In this document: positions 1 through 14,057 of the stretch, piece after piece
Position numbering within the stretch: position 1 is the stretch's first letter
How the letters are laid out: every line of letters starts with the position of its first letter
Assembly: GCA_012295275.1 (NCBI GenBank)
Contig: CM022676.1
Span: forward strand, 9,176,001-9,240,000
From: Chrysomallon squamiferum
Lineage: Eukaryota; Animalia; Mollusca
Length of the DNA stretch: 64,000 nt
Direction of reading: 5' to 3'
Program-made: the position numbers and the translations under genes
The notes under the pieces: model-generated
Databases searched by the model: none
What the model was told of the DNA's origin: nothing
Seen by the model: only the letters and a program-made list of their open reading frames with translations

Positions 1-138
1 AAACGACGCTTTCGAAAGACTGTTTGCCTGGACTTATTCTCATGGCCGCCATAACAGTTTGTACCGGAAGTCAGAGACTAATTCCCGCCAAAAGAGATTC
101 GCACTAGTTGACGTTCTTCATGGTATTATGACAGAACA

Positions 139-222
<84 letters not shown>

Positions 223-1505
223 TGTATAATATAGTATAACATAGTATAGTATAGTGTAGTATAGTGTAGTGTAGTGTAGTACAGTGTAGTATAGTATAGC
301 ATAATGTATTTTAGTACTGTATTGTGTGGTATTGTATGTATAGTATAGTGTAATATAGTATAGTATAGTATAGTACAGTATAGTATAGTACAGTATTAGT
401 ATAGTATTGCACTGTATTGTGTACTGTTGTATAGTATGGTACAGAACTATAGTTCAGTATAGCATAGCATAGTATAGAATAGTATAGTATAGTATAGCAT
501 AAAATAGTATAGTATAGTACAGTATAAAGTAGCATAGCATAGTATACTACAATGTTGTATAATAAAGTATAGTATAGTATAGTGTGACGTGTAGTGTTGT
601 GTAATATAGTATAGTATAGTGTAGTGTAGTATAGTATAGTATAGTATAGTATAGTATAGTATAGTATAGTATAGTATAGCATAGTATAGTATAGAATAAT
701 TATCTATATAATCTTTCACTGTTGCAGGAAAAACTTATAGAACGTTTCTGTAATGGAAATCAAACAAAAGCATGTCCAAAGGGTAATGATTTCTTTATTC
801 TTCATGTTTACCTTTCATAATAATAAAACACAGTCTCAGTGCATCCGACCGCAACCATTTTACTATAGCCGTAACGACGTCACTCAAAGAGCTGACCAAT
901 TTGACGTCATCACACTGAAGGTTTTTTTTTTTTTTTTTTTCTTTTTTTCTTAAAGAGAAATGTATCTGTACGTAATGACGTCACGATTCTGACTGTGTAT
1001 ATGTGCTTATGTTGTTTTGTTTGGTTTTTAACAGTATATTTTTTGTAGCCCGTAATAATACAATAATGAAATGGAAAGATTAAAGAAAACAACAACAACA
1101 ACAAAAAAAAACATTATTATTATTACTGTTAATTTTTTTTATTTTATTAATTTTTTTTATACACTGTTTTATACGATTATGCTGATTTAAGATAATAATA
1201 ATAATTAAAAATCTACGACCCTTCGAATTTATCTTTAATTACATTATACAATGTCATATTACATAACTATACATTATATATTACACCCCCTTTTGTATTG
1301 TATTGTATTGTATTGTATTATGTTCAGTTGTATGTTATCGTATCGTATCGTATCATATCATATCATATTATATCATTACAGAATATTATACTTTTAACAG
1401 GACATAAAGGATATGTGGGACCGCCTGGTTTTCAAGGTTCGAAATACTTATATATATTTTCACCAAAAAAAAACCACACAAAAAACAAAACAAACAAGTC
1501 ACAGA

Positions 1506-1588
<83 letters not shown>

Positions 1589-3157
1589 GACAGAATGTGT
1601 GTGTGTGTGTGTCTGTGTGTGTGTGTCTGTGTTTCTATCTGTCCAAATATCAGAAATATATGAGTTACTATTTAACAGGACCTAAAGGTGTACATGGACT
1701 CCCGGGCCAAAAGGGTGACACGGGTACAAAAGGGTCAAAAGGTCAGAAGGGAGACCCAGGATCCAGAGGTCAAATAGGAGAAAAGGGTCAAAAAGGAATA
1801 AAAGGAGATCAAGGAAACCAAGGAATAAAAGTATTATTATTATTGTTGTTGTTGTTATTATTTGGCGTTATATATATATATATATATATATTGTTTGTGC
1901 AGATATAATGAGATAAAAAAGTAATAGTAGAAGTAGTAGTTGCAGCAGTAACAGCAGCTGCATGTGATAGTAGTAGTAGCAGTAGTAGTTTTGTCGTTAT
2001 TACTACCATCACGAACACCAACTGCTACAACTTCTACTACTACTACATCCACTACTATTACTACTTTTACAAAAACTACTACTCCTGCTTCCATTACTGC
2101 TACAACTATTATTATTACAACAACAACAACAACTACTACTACTACTACTACTACTACTACAGTTCAGATACTACTATGTACTTCAAAGACACTAATTCTC
2201 TAACATACAAACAACTCCCTCTGAAGAATACAACTTAACATCTATATCGATGGTTCATACGTACATGCTTGAATCTTCCAATAAACATAAAGGTTGTTTT
2301 TTTAAAGTCTTGAATGTTTATCATACATAATGCTTATTTTATTTTATTTATTTTGTTATCCTACACAGGGCCTCAAAGGACTTCCTGGTTCAAAAGGAGA
2401 AATGGGTCACAAAGGTCAGAAAGGTGAACCAGGATCGAAAGGAAACCCTGGAATTCAAGGTCAAATAGGAAATCAAGGCGGAAAAGGACCAAAAGGAGAG
2501 AAAGGTTGTTGTTGTTGTTAAAGAAAATTAAAATAAATGTTATTTGCTAGCTTGAGGGGGAAAAAAGTCACACTATTAGTGTTAGTGATATAGTAGTACT
2601 AGTAGCTGTCACAGCCGTAGCAATGGTAGTAGTAATGAGTAGTAATAGTGGTATTAGTAGCCATAGCAGCAGCAATAGTAGTAGTTGAAGTGGTAATAAT
2701 ACTAGTACTTGCTGTTGTTGTAGTAGTAGCAGTCGTTGTTGTTTAAGTAGTAGTAGTTTTGTAGTTATACCAGTTATAGTAGAAGTGATAACAGAAGAAG
2801 TAAGGTTGTTGTAAGAGTAGTAATAGCAATGATAGTAGCAATAATTATACTAGCAGTATTCTTATTAGTAGTAATAGTAATTGTAGTAATATATGTAGTT
2901 GTATTGGTATTAGTAACAGCAGATATAGTAGTAACAGGAATAGTAGCAGTTATAGTAGTAACAGTAGTTGTAACAGTTATAGTAGTAACAGTAGTTGTAG
3001 TGGTAACAGCAGTAACTGATGTAGTGTAGCAGTAGTAGTAGTAACAATTTTATTAATATTCTGATGTTATTGTAGTCACCTGTATTTTTGATGTTGTTAC
3101 TTATAAGTTGTTGATTAGAATTTCATATTGCTTTAATAATGTAAAAGAAACTTCCGT

Positions 3158-3201
<44 letters not shown>

Positions 3202-3490
3202 AGATAACTCCAGGCTGCATTATGATTTGTTGGTGTTATATTTAAAAAAATTCTGATCATCCGTGTGTACATTAATTAACAATATCTCTTTTCTGTTTTA
3301 AAATTTACGATAACTTTCTCACAGGCCATCGAGGTCCAAAGGGTGACCCAGGCATTCAAGGTCAGAAAGGGGTCAAAGGTGAACGCGGACTGCCTGGTCC
3401 GTCCCTGAATAAACTAGGTCCTCAATGTCAGTGTGTCAGTAAGTTGATTTTCGATTTTCTTCGTATGTTGTTGAATATGATAAAATACCT

Positions 3491-3538
<48 letters not shown>

Positions 3539-3851
3539 TTTTGATATAAATAAAACAAACAATCAAATGCAATTTTTTTTTCAGTTTCTTTTTTCTCTTT
3601 TGACCAAAACAATTTCTATATATGTTTGTTTGTCTGTCTTTCCATCTATTTGTCTGTCTCTCTCTGTATGACTATCTGTCTGTCTCTGATTTTCTTCCTC
3701 TCCATCTGCCTGTCTTTCTGTCACTCTGTCTGTCTGCCTGTCTTTCTGTCTGTCTCTACATTTCTATTTTATTATTTTTTTGTTTTCAGAGTTGATTTTA
3801 GTTGTAGTAATTCATATTTTCATTTTCTGTTTTTCAGAAGTTAAACCGTGA
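1..3851 (+). CDS. Short collagen-domain protein (MACIT/gliomedin-like layout), 5'-partial, multi-exon
   Basis: Phase-compatible GT-AG exons <1-139, 728-782, 1401-1436, 1679-1830, 2369-2504, 3325-3438 and probable last exon 3838-3851 (KVKP-stop, AATAAA follows). Spliced product ...[37 protein letters not shown]-(GXY)45[15 protein letters not shown]. The 1436 donor (gttcga) is weak. Confidence 0.8.
143..695. repeat. (TC)n followed by (TAGTA)n microsatellites
   Basis: Directly visible; explains the spurious Y/T/I-rich ORFs at 311-719. Confidence 0.95.
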
Positions 3852-3954
3852 TAATGAAATAAATTTAACCAGAATAATTTTAATACAGACTGTATAATAG
3901 CAGACAATAAAACAATTAAATAAATGAATGGATGATTATTATAAGTATTATTGT

Positions 3955-4022
<68 letters not shown>

Positions 4023-4288
4023 CATACACACATGTTGTGTATGGGGGGGTGCGTGTGTGTGTATGTAATATATATAAATATATATGGGGTTGTATTGATG
4101 GGGAAGGAGGGCTTTTTATGTTTTGTTTTAATGAATTTTTTTAATATTACTCTTTGTGAAATAGCATTTTAATATATTTAATTGTTTGTTTATCTGCAGT
4201 TCGTATTAATATATAATTATATATATGCATTTATTTCTGTGTGCATTTATGTACATGTTGTTAATGTTTGTGTGTGTGTGTGTGTGTG

Positions 4289-4382
<94 letters not shown>

Positions 4383-4870
4383 TATTATTATGTTTGTATT
4401 TCTTTCTTTCTCTCCAATTTTCATTCTCCATCATTCTATTTTCGAAATATTGCACATTTTCTCATACTGACGTACACATATTCAAAACAACATGGGTGAT
4501 CTCCCTTACAGAGCCCGTAAACTACAAATACTTAACTTGCATTGTGTTTTCCAGCCAACTGGAAGGTTTAACTAAAAGACCACTTTTTGCTAATCTGTAA
4601 GAGTAACCCATACTTGAAAGCTAGTGTTTATTTTTTTTCATTTGTTAAATACTGTCATTGTGCAAACGTCACCTTACTTACAAAATACAGTTAATATTAA
4701 TTAATATGAGTGTTGATAAATAAATATTAATTGAGTTTACTAATTAATTTGATTTACTTAAAGTTTAATTGTATAGATTAATGTTAATCTCAGGAGTTAA
4801 AAATGATGCTAACGTTTATTTTTCTTCCACATATTTTTTAAATGTTATTTCAAACCTAGAATAGATATAT

Positions 4871-5060
4871 TCCGTCATTTAATATATGTTGCAACTGAAC
4901 TACGTCATTTAATACGTATTACAAATAAATAACGTCATTTTATAAACATAACCATTAAATGATGTCATTTAATATATAGTGCAATTGAAATACGTCATTT
5001 GATACGTATTTCAATCACAATACGTCATTTCTACGTATCTAATACGTATTACAATTAACT
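4871..5060. repeat. ~30-bp minisatellite with (A)CGTCATTT core, ~6 units
   Basis: cgtcattt/tgtcattt recurs at ~30-bp spacing (4873, 4903, 4933, 4963, 4994, 5023). Confidence 0.8.
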
Positions 5061-7256
5061 CACGGTATTCGTGCATATTTTAGCGTGTTAAAGTAATCGC
5101 TTTCCATTATGGTTGTTTTGTTGTTGTTTTTTTATAGTTTTTTTTATTTTTTTTTTTTTTTTTCAATTTCTCTCTTGTTGTTTTCTTTATTGTTATTTAT
5201 TTATTTTTTTATTTTTTTTCAATTTCTCTCTTCTTTTATATTAATAATATTTTTGTTATTTGTCAAGTGGTTGTGTAATCTCTATTATTTACTCTCCTTA
5301 ATCGTTTTTGTTTTTGTTGTTATTGTTGTTTGTTTTGTTTTTTTTTGTTGTTTTTTAATTTGGCTTCATTTTTTTTATTCTATAATTTCTTTCTCGGTTA
5401 TTTTAATTTTTTTAATTTTTTTTTCATTATACAGTTATTTATACATTCGTTCGTTCATTTTTATTATGATTTTTTTTAATTATTATTCTTTTATTTATTA
5501 TTTGCTACATTGAAGCGTTACTTTAATGCGTGATTGTAAATATTTATAATATTATAATTAAAAATAAACAAAAAAAGAAACAAATGAATAAATAAAATAA
5601 AATATATAAAATAAAATTAAAAAATCAATTTCATTACTTTCCGTTATTATGGAAATGCTGTTATAAATAAATAAATAAAAGCAAAATATAAAACATCACT
5701 GCAACAATTACTATAATAAGTATCCTATAATAATAATAATACAATACATTGTAATTATTATATACAAATATTTTATTAAAACGACAAAGATACAACGATT
5801 ACTGAAATTTACAACAAAAAGCAAGGAATGCAAAACATTATTTTCAAAAACTATTAAAATTCAGACTGAAAAATAAACAAAATGAAAAATTTAAGAAAAC
5901 AACAACAACAAAACAATAAAATAATAACAGTAACATTAAAATGAAAAATGAAAATACAAATACATTTACTTTATTATTATGCATAAATATTGTTGTCACT
6001 ATATAAAAAATAAAATCGATTTATTTTTTCATTTTGAAAATGATTACATTATATATCCCTCCAGAAAGCAATTATACAAACAATCATTGAAATCATAATT
6101 AAAAAGCAATAAATGTAATTATATTATTAAGCACAAATAGTTTTAACTGACACTAAAACATTATTTAAAAAATTTAACAGTAATGTATTTAGCAAAACAG
6201 TGAAATTATAGAAAGAAATAATAAATAAATCTAAATTCGCACAATTTCAGAAATAGTTATAGATAATTTTTCAAAATAAAAATGTAATTGTGTTATTATC
6301 AATTACTATTTTTCATTCACACTATAAATATAACTTTGAAAAATACATGAATTATTATTTATTAAATATATATGGTATAGTACAGTATAGTGCAGTACAG
6401 TACAGTATGTACAGTGTAATACAGTGTAGTATAGTATAATACTGTGTAGTACAGTATAGTACAGTATAGTATAGTGTAGTATAGTGTAGTATAGTACAGT
6501 ATAGTGTAGTATAGTATAGTACAGTATAGTATAGCATATTACAGAATAATGTTAATATATTAAATACATATTTTTATAATAAATGATTCAGATATAATAG
6601 ATTAATTATCAATAAAAAAATAATAATAATAATTAAAAAAAATCCTACTATAATTCATAGACATGAAAATAAAATAGAACATGATTAAAACACACAGATG
6701 ACACGTTACTATGATAAATGTATCCAAAGTAACACACGAACAGTGATAAATTATGACACAGTAAAAATTAATAATAATACTATTATCTAAAACAACAATT
6801 AAAATTATCACTGCAAAGTTAATATACAAAAAGTTAATCCGGGCTTTTTTCAGTCAATTGACGTCATGATGTTTGTTGATCTGAATATAAAATAATAATT
6901 TTCTACCGAAACGAAAGTGAAATCCCTGGTCCGTAAGTTTCCCATTTGTCTTTTTGAAATTTCCACGTTATTTGTGTATTATTGTTTGTGCTGAGTCTGT
7001 GAATATTTATGAGCATTTATAAGTGTACGTGTGTGCGTGTGTTTATGGTTGTACGTGCATGTATATTTGTGAGTGTATGTGTATGTGTGCATATTTGTTT
7101 ATGAGTATTTTCGTGAGTGTGTATGTGTGTGCTTGTATGAGTGTATGTGTATATGTGTGTAATGAAACTGCTATTAATAATAATATGGTTATCTGGATTT
7201 ATAATGTATAGCACCTACAGCAATAACATGCTTTATAAATATAAGGTAAATCAAAT

Positions 7257-9425
7257 TCACACGAGGAATTTTAATCGTGATATAAAGTTTGTTTTACGCC
7301 AGAAGAGGCCACCAGCATGAGAACGTTCTTCACAATCTGACAACGTACACTTCAGAAAACCTTCACGAATCTCACCTTCTCTGTTCACTGTTTTACATCT
7401 AATTCCTCCTCGAGTTTGAACAATCAGTTTATACTGTGTGTCTTTCTTTATGTCTAAAGGACTTGGAAAATCAACATCAAAAATAGACTGATTGATTTGT
7501 TTATCTACTGAGGATCCTGGCACTATCACATCTGTCGAAACTTCACAAACACTGGCTTTGATTGAAAATTGTTCACTTTTTCTTGGAAAACTGAGAATAC
7601 TAAAGCCTTTCAAAGATGCATTCATGTTTAAACAAAATGTGATCGCATCATTGTACCAGTAACCATTATCATCGATGTCCTTGACAAAAATATTTTTAAA
7701 TCTATCAATTTCGATTAATTTCTTCTTTGTACCAACTCTGCGGCTTTTGCTGAAAAGTGACACATCTACATCTGGGTAGACATAGGAACGCATAATTTTG
7801 AATCCTTCAGATTCAGACAAAAGGTATGTGGGCAAAATCTTGTCTTCAAAATATTCTCTCTCGAGAAGAGGAAAGCGAATGAGGTACAACTCTTTTCCCA
7901 GCACTTCACGTTGGTTTTCTGTTCTTATTTCTTTTTCCTGTCGTCTGCACTCAGCTTCGCTCCATTTCATGCATGACTGAAAAACTGTCTCCTCAGTGGC
8001 CTTCAGGTCATCAGGTTCAATTATATTTCCTAGACATTCTTGACAGAGATCTGTGAAACTCTCTGAATTCAATACAGCTTCGCCGTTTACCCAAATACGT
8101 CTGAGACACGATTCTGTGAAATCGTCTTGTTTATACACGTGAGTTTCTTCGAGTACGACGCATGCGTCTTCTGTCGTCATTTCCGTTTCAAGATAGTTAA
8201 GACATCTCTTTTCTAGATGAATGACGTCATACTTCCTGGCAAGGTACAATAACCGGATCACGTTGTCAGCTTTAAAGTCCGTTTGATCAGTATAAAGAAA
8301 TCTGGAAAAATAAAACAAAAAACAGTTAAATACACACTCACAAACACACATACAAAACATACATAAATACATGCATGCTTACATACATATACATATACAC
8401 ACAAACACATCCAAAAATATATAAATATGTGAACAAATATATATACATACAAATGTTATAATTATATAAAATAGTTCTATATACACGCAAACATTCATAC
8501 AGACATACATAAGAAAGAGAAATTCAGATGCTGAAAGACCTACCTATGTACATCTAGATATGCAAGTAATATACATACACGTATACATACATACCCAGAC
8601 ACAAATACGTACGTACATACATACATACATAAATACACACATACATACACACATACATACATACACACACACACACCTACATACATACATACATAAATAC
8701 ACACATACATACACACACACATACATACATACACACAAATTATGTACATATCTTTTATGCATTATCAACAGAAGAAAATAAAATCAGTAAAAAAATAAAA
8801 GTAAAAGGAAGAAACAATTTCGAAAAGAAAATATTAAATACACACATTAAATACGCACATACATACACACAAATGTATTTACAGACACATACACATAGAA
8901 TATATACATGCACGAGTACATACATATGTAGATCGATAAAAAATACATACACACGTGCATACGTACATACATACATGCATATATACATACATACATAATA
9001 CATACATCCATACGTGCATACATATTAATCAATAAATTAAAAAATAAAATAAACTGGACACCAATTTCTTACTCTAAAAACAAGTGAAATATTTCTGCTT
9101 CAGTGTCTGGGATTACAATATCACCCTGTTCTTTCAGATCTCCTGTCAACATGGCCTGAAAAACACAGCTGCGCAGACTGAGTATCAACTTGTGAGCTTG
9201 GATACGTGTCCTGTCCTCTCCGACAATGAATGTGACGTCACAGAGAATGTTTTCCTTGAGAGAATGTCGGAGACTTTCAACGAGAGTTCGTTCATGTTGC
9301 CAGTTATCTGCATAACCGGAAGTATTTCTTACTTCTGCTTCTCGACTGGTGGTTACGTCATCCTCGACTTCGGTTTCTTCAGTGTTTATTACATCATCCA
9401 CAGCATCAGCTTCTGCTGCAGCCAT
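7257..9425 (-). CDS. BTB/POZ-BACK-PHR-like protein (BTBD1/2/3/6-related), copy 1, ~465 aa
   Basis: Exons 9425-9073 (CDVTFIVG...AHKLILSLRSCVFQAML, BTB) and 8301-7257 (FLYTD...BACK: EETVFQSCMKWSEAECRRQ...LIRFPLL; PHR-like RF..D.ITF..LKGFSI tail) joined by a phase-2 GT-AG intron; 1398 nt in frame. Probable 5'UTR exon with donor at 10502. Confidence 0.9.
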
Positions 9426-9544
9426 TTTGTTATCACTGAATTAATAAAATTATAACAACAGAAAAGAATATTTATTTTAAAGTAAATAAACAAAAAAAAA
9501 CTGTGTATCTTTATGAGAGTCTGTGTGTGTGTATGCGTGCGTGT

Positions 9545-9594
<50 letters not shown>

Positions 9595-10164
9595 TACGTG
9601 ATAACGACATCAGCGACCCAGTCACTGACACACATGTTCACGGTCACGTTAACCATAAACCAAGCTTTTATTTGCAGACTTGTTTTACAATTTTCTTGCA
9701 CACAACAGATGAACTGCACAAAAAGTTGCTATTGTTAATTTGTAGATTTTTCATTTCTTTCTTTTTTTTTTTTTTTTTTTTAAAACGAACTTGGTATCAC
9801 TGCAAACTTTATTTCATTTATTGTCTTAATGTGTGTGTGTGTGCGTGCGCGCGCATATATTTGTGTATACATATGTGTTTATGTTTTCTGGAGTGTGCTT
9901 TGAGTAACGCTATACTAATACAGAATATAAATGTAGCTAAATAAAGATTTTTTATTATTATTATTCTAATCTTTCCCCTGTTCTTTGTTTTACCCGACTC
10001 ATCTCTCCCTGTAATCAAAATTAATAAATTACTTTATTTATTATCAATTTCTCACTGTTCAGTTGTGTTTTTAAATTTATTTATTTGTTTATTTATTTAT
10101 TATTTGAATATTCATTTTCTTCTTCATCATCTTCTTATTATTATCATCATCATCATCATCATCA

Positions 10165-10201
<37 letters not shown>

Positions 10202-10203
10202 TG

Positions 10204-10239
<36 letters not shown>

Positions 10240-10570
10240 CTTGTTTTCCGACGTATCAGCGGCGAATATTCTCGAAGGTAAAGTTTGATAACATTGTTAA
10301 CTAGGTCACAGTACTACGTGGTAAAATCGTTTACAGATATTTCTATTCTTTATGTTTACATCCAAAACACACAGCATACCTTCAACAAATAACCACTATT
10401 TCACTGTATTTGTTTCAAATGGATAATCAGGTTTCAAAATGAATCCACAGAAAAATCAGTAATAAGAAAAAATCTTTGTTTGTAACGAAAAGAAAAACTT
10501 ACCTTCTAGAATGGTCACCTTCAGCAGTGTGTCCTGTATGTAAATTACTTCCTAGTAAGCATCTGACCTT

Positions 10571-10609
10571 TTCCAGGAAAACAAAACAATAAATACTACT
10601 TTCAATTTC
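10571..10609. promoter_or_regulatory. Paired GAS-like (TTCCAGGAA) and ISRE/IRF-like (ACTTTCAATTTC) motifs 5' of BTB copy 1
   Basis: Motifs at 10571-10579 and 10598-10609, 70-110 bp beyond the 5'UTR-exon donor; identical in copy 2 (20382-20420). Motif match only. Confidence 0.35.
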
Positions 10610-10988
10610 AAATTAGCTCTTATAGAAATAATGATAAGTACTAGTTATCGTCTTAATTTCTTCCTAATTTTATTTTATGTAAACTAAATAAAATAAAAAA
10701 ATCACTTTATGATTGAGATAATTATTAAGATAATAAAGAATATTTACTTTTAAAAGTTATCCATCCGAACTTTGACCTGCTTTTTCTGATCTAGGTGTTT
10801 CAGGAAAGATAACTCTTATACAAACACTGGTCATTAAAGTATTAAGAAACCTTCGACAAAATAATTTTTCATGGTATTGAGATTTTTTTTTTTTTGATTT
10901 TTTTTTTGGCGACGGATGGTGGCTTTTTGATTTCTTATTTTATTTAACTTTATTTTACATTTACTACAACTATTACTATTATTATTAT

Positions 10989-11038
<50 letters not shown>

Positions 11039-11820
11039 TGGAGGTGTTCCCAGTTGCTAATAAATGAAATAAAATAAATAAATAAAACTGAGAACTATAT
11101 ATGTGTACTTATTTTTTTTAATGAAACAGTTATTTATTTAACATAAGACGGTAATTATTAAAAACAAAATTATCTGTTCGCACTATCTCCATTGTTGTTG
11201 TTGTTTTGTGTTGTTGTTGTTGTTGTTGTTTGTTTTTGTTTGTTTTTTTGTTTTGTTTTTTTGGGGGGGGGATTAGTAATTTTTCAAAATACACATTCAA
11301 TTTTATTATTATATTTAAAATAAAAATAAAACAATGATTAATTTGCTCATTTAAGTATAAGAGATGTAATGATATTATAGTATAGCATAGCATAGCATAG
11401 CATTATTTATATTACAGCCATTACTATTACTATTATTATTATTATTATAAAACGTATGAATCGGTAATTATAATTACATTATAATTACATTATAATTACC
11501 GATTTATACATTTTAGAACTGCAAGCATAATTAATTGCCTTATCGATAAAAAAATATTACAATCCAGAGTCACGGAAATAACAAAGTACAGGGCTTTTTA
11601 ACAACAAAAATAGCATATTTCCCTTGAAAAGAAGTAATTTTAAAATGTAAATAAATAAATAAATAAATAGTACGAAACTCCGATGAAATCTCTTGTGCTG
11701 TTGTCCAGAGTGATTTCCCTTGATTCTTCGGCTCTCAAGTCCCGGAATTCGTTTCCACGGGTATCGCTTCGCTTTTGGAACTTCAACCAATCAATGCGCG
11801 CTATTTCCACACACCCGTAT

Positions 11821-13926
11821 AGCTTTATTTCCATCCGCCATATTGTCCCACAGGCGGTGTTTTTAATGTTGATGATTGTTTAGTTCAGTTGTTCAGCAAG
11901 CGTTAGTACTTCCTTTGTTAGAAGGCATTATTCATAGGCACAATGGTGAAGCGATGTGTGTGGGGGACATGCAAATCGGATGAACGGTATGAAAGTGCAC
12001 ATTTGACATTTGACATTTATACCGTTTCCGAAGCCGAAAACACAACGACGAACGAGAAAAATGTTTAAAATGGATTCGACTATGCGGACGACCACACTCT
12101 CGACTAAATGATAACATAAACAAGCACAAGTATGTTTGTTCAAAGGTGACTGCAGTTATGCATGAAATTATCTCAATTCTATTTATTTTATAGTTATTTA
12201 TTTAAAAATCAAAACTCTCAGTAATTCACGAATATTTTAAGTGCATATCATTATGATTATAGGATAAAGTGATATATATCACAATTCTAAAACAGGATTT
12301 GAAGATTCATAATATGAAATGAGATTATACAGCCATGCTTTATTTTTTATTTGTTCACCATTTGTAGCTTACCATGTTAGATTTATAATTTTAATATCTG
12401 AAAATATATTCTTTTAGTTTTACAGCATTTTGTTGGAGAAAGAGGCCCTACAGAGAAACACCCTGATCCAGTAGCTGCAGATGAGTCAGTCAACAACGTC
12501 GAGGCCCCCACCAAAGAAACAGTGATTACAGGAAATTTCAATGGAAAGTAATACAGAGTAGGTAATCTAATTTAAACCAGGTTCTAGTACAAGTTTTAAG
12601 TCACAATTTCTCAGGCTATCTTCAAATTCCTTGAGTGTTTGGGGTAATTTTATTACTGCTTTTTAATCTGCGTCATAGACAGTTTTCAGTCACGTAAAGT
12701 TATTTATTGTAATTTTCACATATGAGAAAATACAAAATATATTCAGAGCTTCAGGAATTTTTTTTTATAAAATCCAGCAGCCGTAGGGCCAATGATGTTT
12801 TTTAATTTACTAGCCATAATTAAAAATTCACTAACCCAACTTTACTTTAATTCTACTAATTGATAGTAATCATCAGATTTGTCACCTAAAGGTAGGGCTT
12901 AAAATACTATTACTGGGGTAGGGGGTGGAGGCAGGATTGTCATATTTATAAAATAGACTCGACTAACATTTACCAAATGCTTTTACTAACCACTGGGCAT
13001 GGCAATAGCAGTTATTTACAAGCCCAGCATTCAGTATCATTAGCCATGTGGGTAGGTCTACCACAGTCTAGAAGCCCAGACATTAACTGATTGCACTCTC
13101 CTGATTTCAGTGCCACCAGACCTGATGACAGTGAAAATGCTCCAACTACTGAACTCCATAAGGATGAAAATACTCAAAGCTGACCAAAAACTGTAAGTTC
13201 CACGTTTTCAATGCATTATTTACACAAAAATAAAATTAAAACCCACAACATACCTACACCTGAACCGACTCGTATTTTTTTTTTTCATTTTGACTAGGTG
13301 TGGTTTTGTGTAAAACAAAGAGACTTTTTCCAGTGTTTCGCATATTTATGGTCAATAGTCGGATAAATCCACTGAACATGCAAGTCTAAACTACAGTCAC
13401 AAAACTTTGAACCTGGTCATAGTACTGACGATTTTGAGGCAGAATAATTGAATTGCCTCCTGTTTTGCAGTATACAAGCACTTGACCTCAATTATGCCAG
13501 TCATTATTATTCCAACTTTACCATCTGGGCTGTCACCTAAAAACAAAAATTCTTTATTTACCACTAGTCTACATTGATGAATGTGTCTTGTATGATAAAG
13601 TTCAAGATAATTGGCTTTTGCTTTTCGTTTATTTCTTCTGCCAGTATTCAAAGGGAGCAGTTGATATCTCTTTATTGTTAAAGTTATTCTCCCAGAATTT
13701 TGAAGATGGTACAAGCTTTGAGTTGTACAATTTATTTGTTTGGCCCTTGATGTTTTCCATAACTGGCAGCTTGCCTAGTCCTGTGTCTGTCGTTCCAGTT
13801 TTGCTGCAAACTCTTTATTTAAACAAAGATATTCATCTGTTAACTTTACAGATGTTGATTTTTTTTTTTTTTTTTTTTTTAGAAATAGTGTATTGCAGCA
13901 TCCCATTCCTGTAGAGGCTTCTGTAT
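11821..13926 (+). mobile_element. Decayed ISL2EU/PIF-Harbinger-type DNA transposon, truncated copy (THAP + antisense YqaJ)
   Basis: Frameshifted THAP exons 11943-12145 and from 12426: MVKRCVWGTCKSDERY..FIPFPKPK..EKCLKWIRLCGRP..KYVCSK|HFVGERGPTEKHPDP. Minus-strand YqaJ remnant FLGDSPDG..IEVKCLY at ~13300-13900. Left end (AT|AGCTTTATTTCCATCCGCCATATTG) is tentative. Confidence 0.75.
12744..13079. mobile_element. Non-autonomous TIR element (hAT-like MITE) inside the THAP gene intron; second copy 22558-22890
   Basis: Imperfect inverted ends cagagcttc ... gaagcccag, ~335 bp, non-coding; no clean TSD. Confidence 0.45.
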
Positions 13927-13956
13927 TCATGTTTGTGTATGTATATATATATATAT

Positions 13957-14057
<101 letters not shown>

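Larger units (their letters stand above)
6678..13926. repeat. Segmental tandem duplication, unit A
   Basis: Collinear with 16378-23726 (offset 9.7-9.83 kb); left edge aacatgattaaaacacacagatgacacg, right edge agaggcttctgtatt. Confidence 0.92.

Noticed and set aside
4512-4565. Alternative downstream collagen exon (KPVNYKYLTCIVFSSQLE)
   Set aside because: Phase-compatible, but weak donor and no following exon; 3838-3851 with a stop and AATAAA is simpler.
311-6537. Many ORFs such as YYTIL-, RERE-, CVCV- and VVVV-rich peptides (also throughout the window)
   Set aside because: Translations of microsatellites (TAGTA, GA, GT, TAG, TTA); no coding signal.
13397-13714. YqaJ ORF as evidence of a phage or viral insertion
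   Set aside because: Broken by stops and frameshifts and embedded with THAP/DDE remnants, as expected for an ISL2EU-type transposon.
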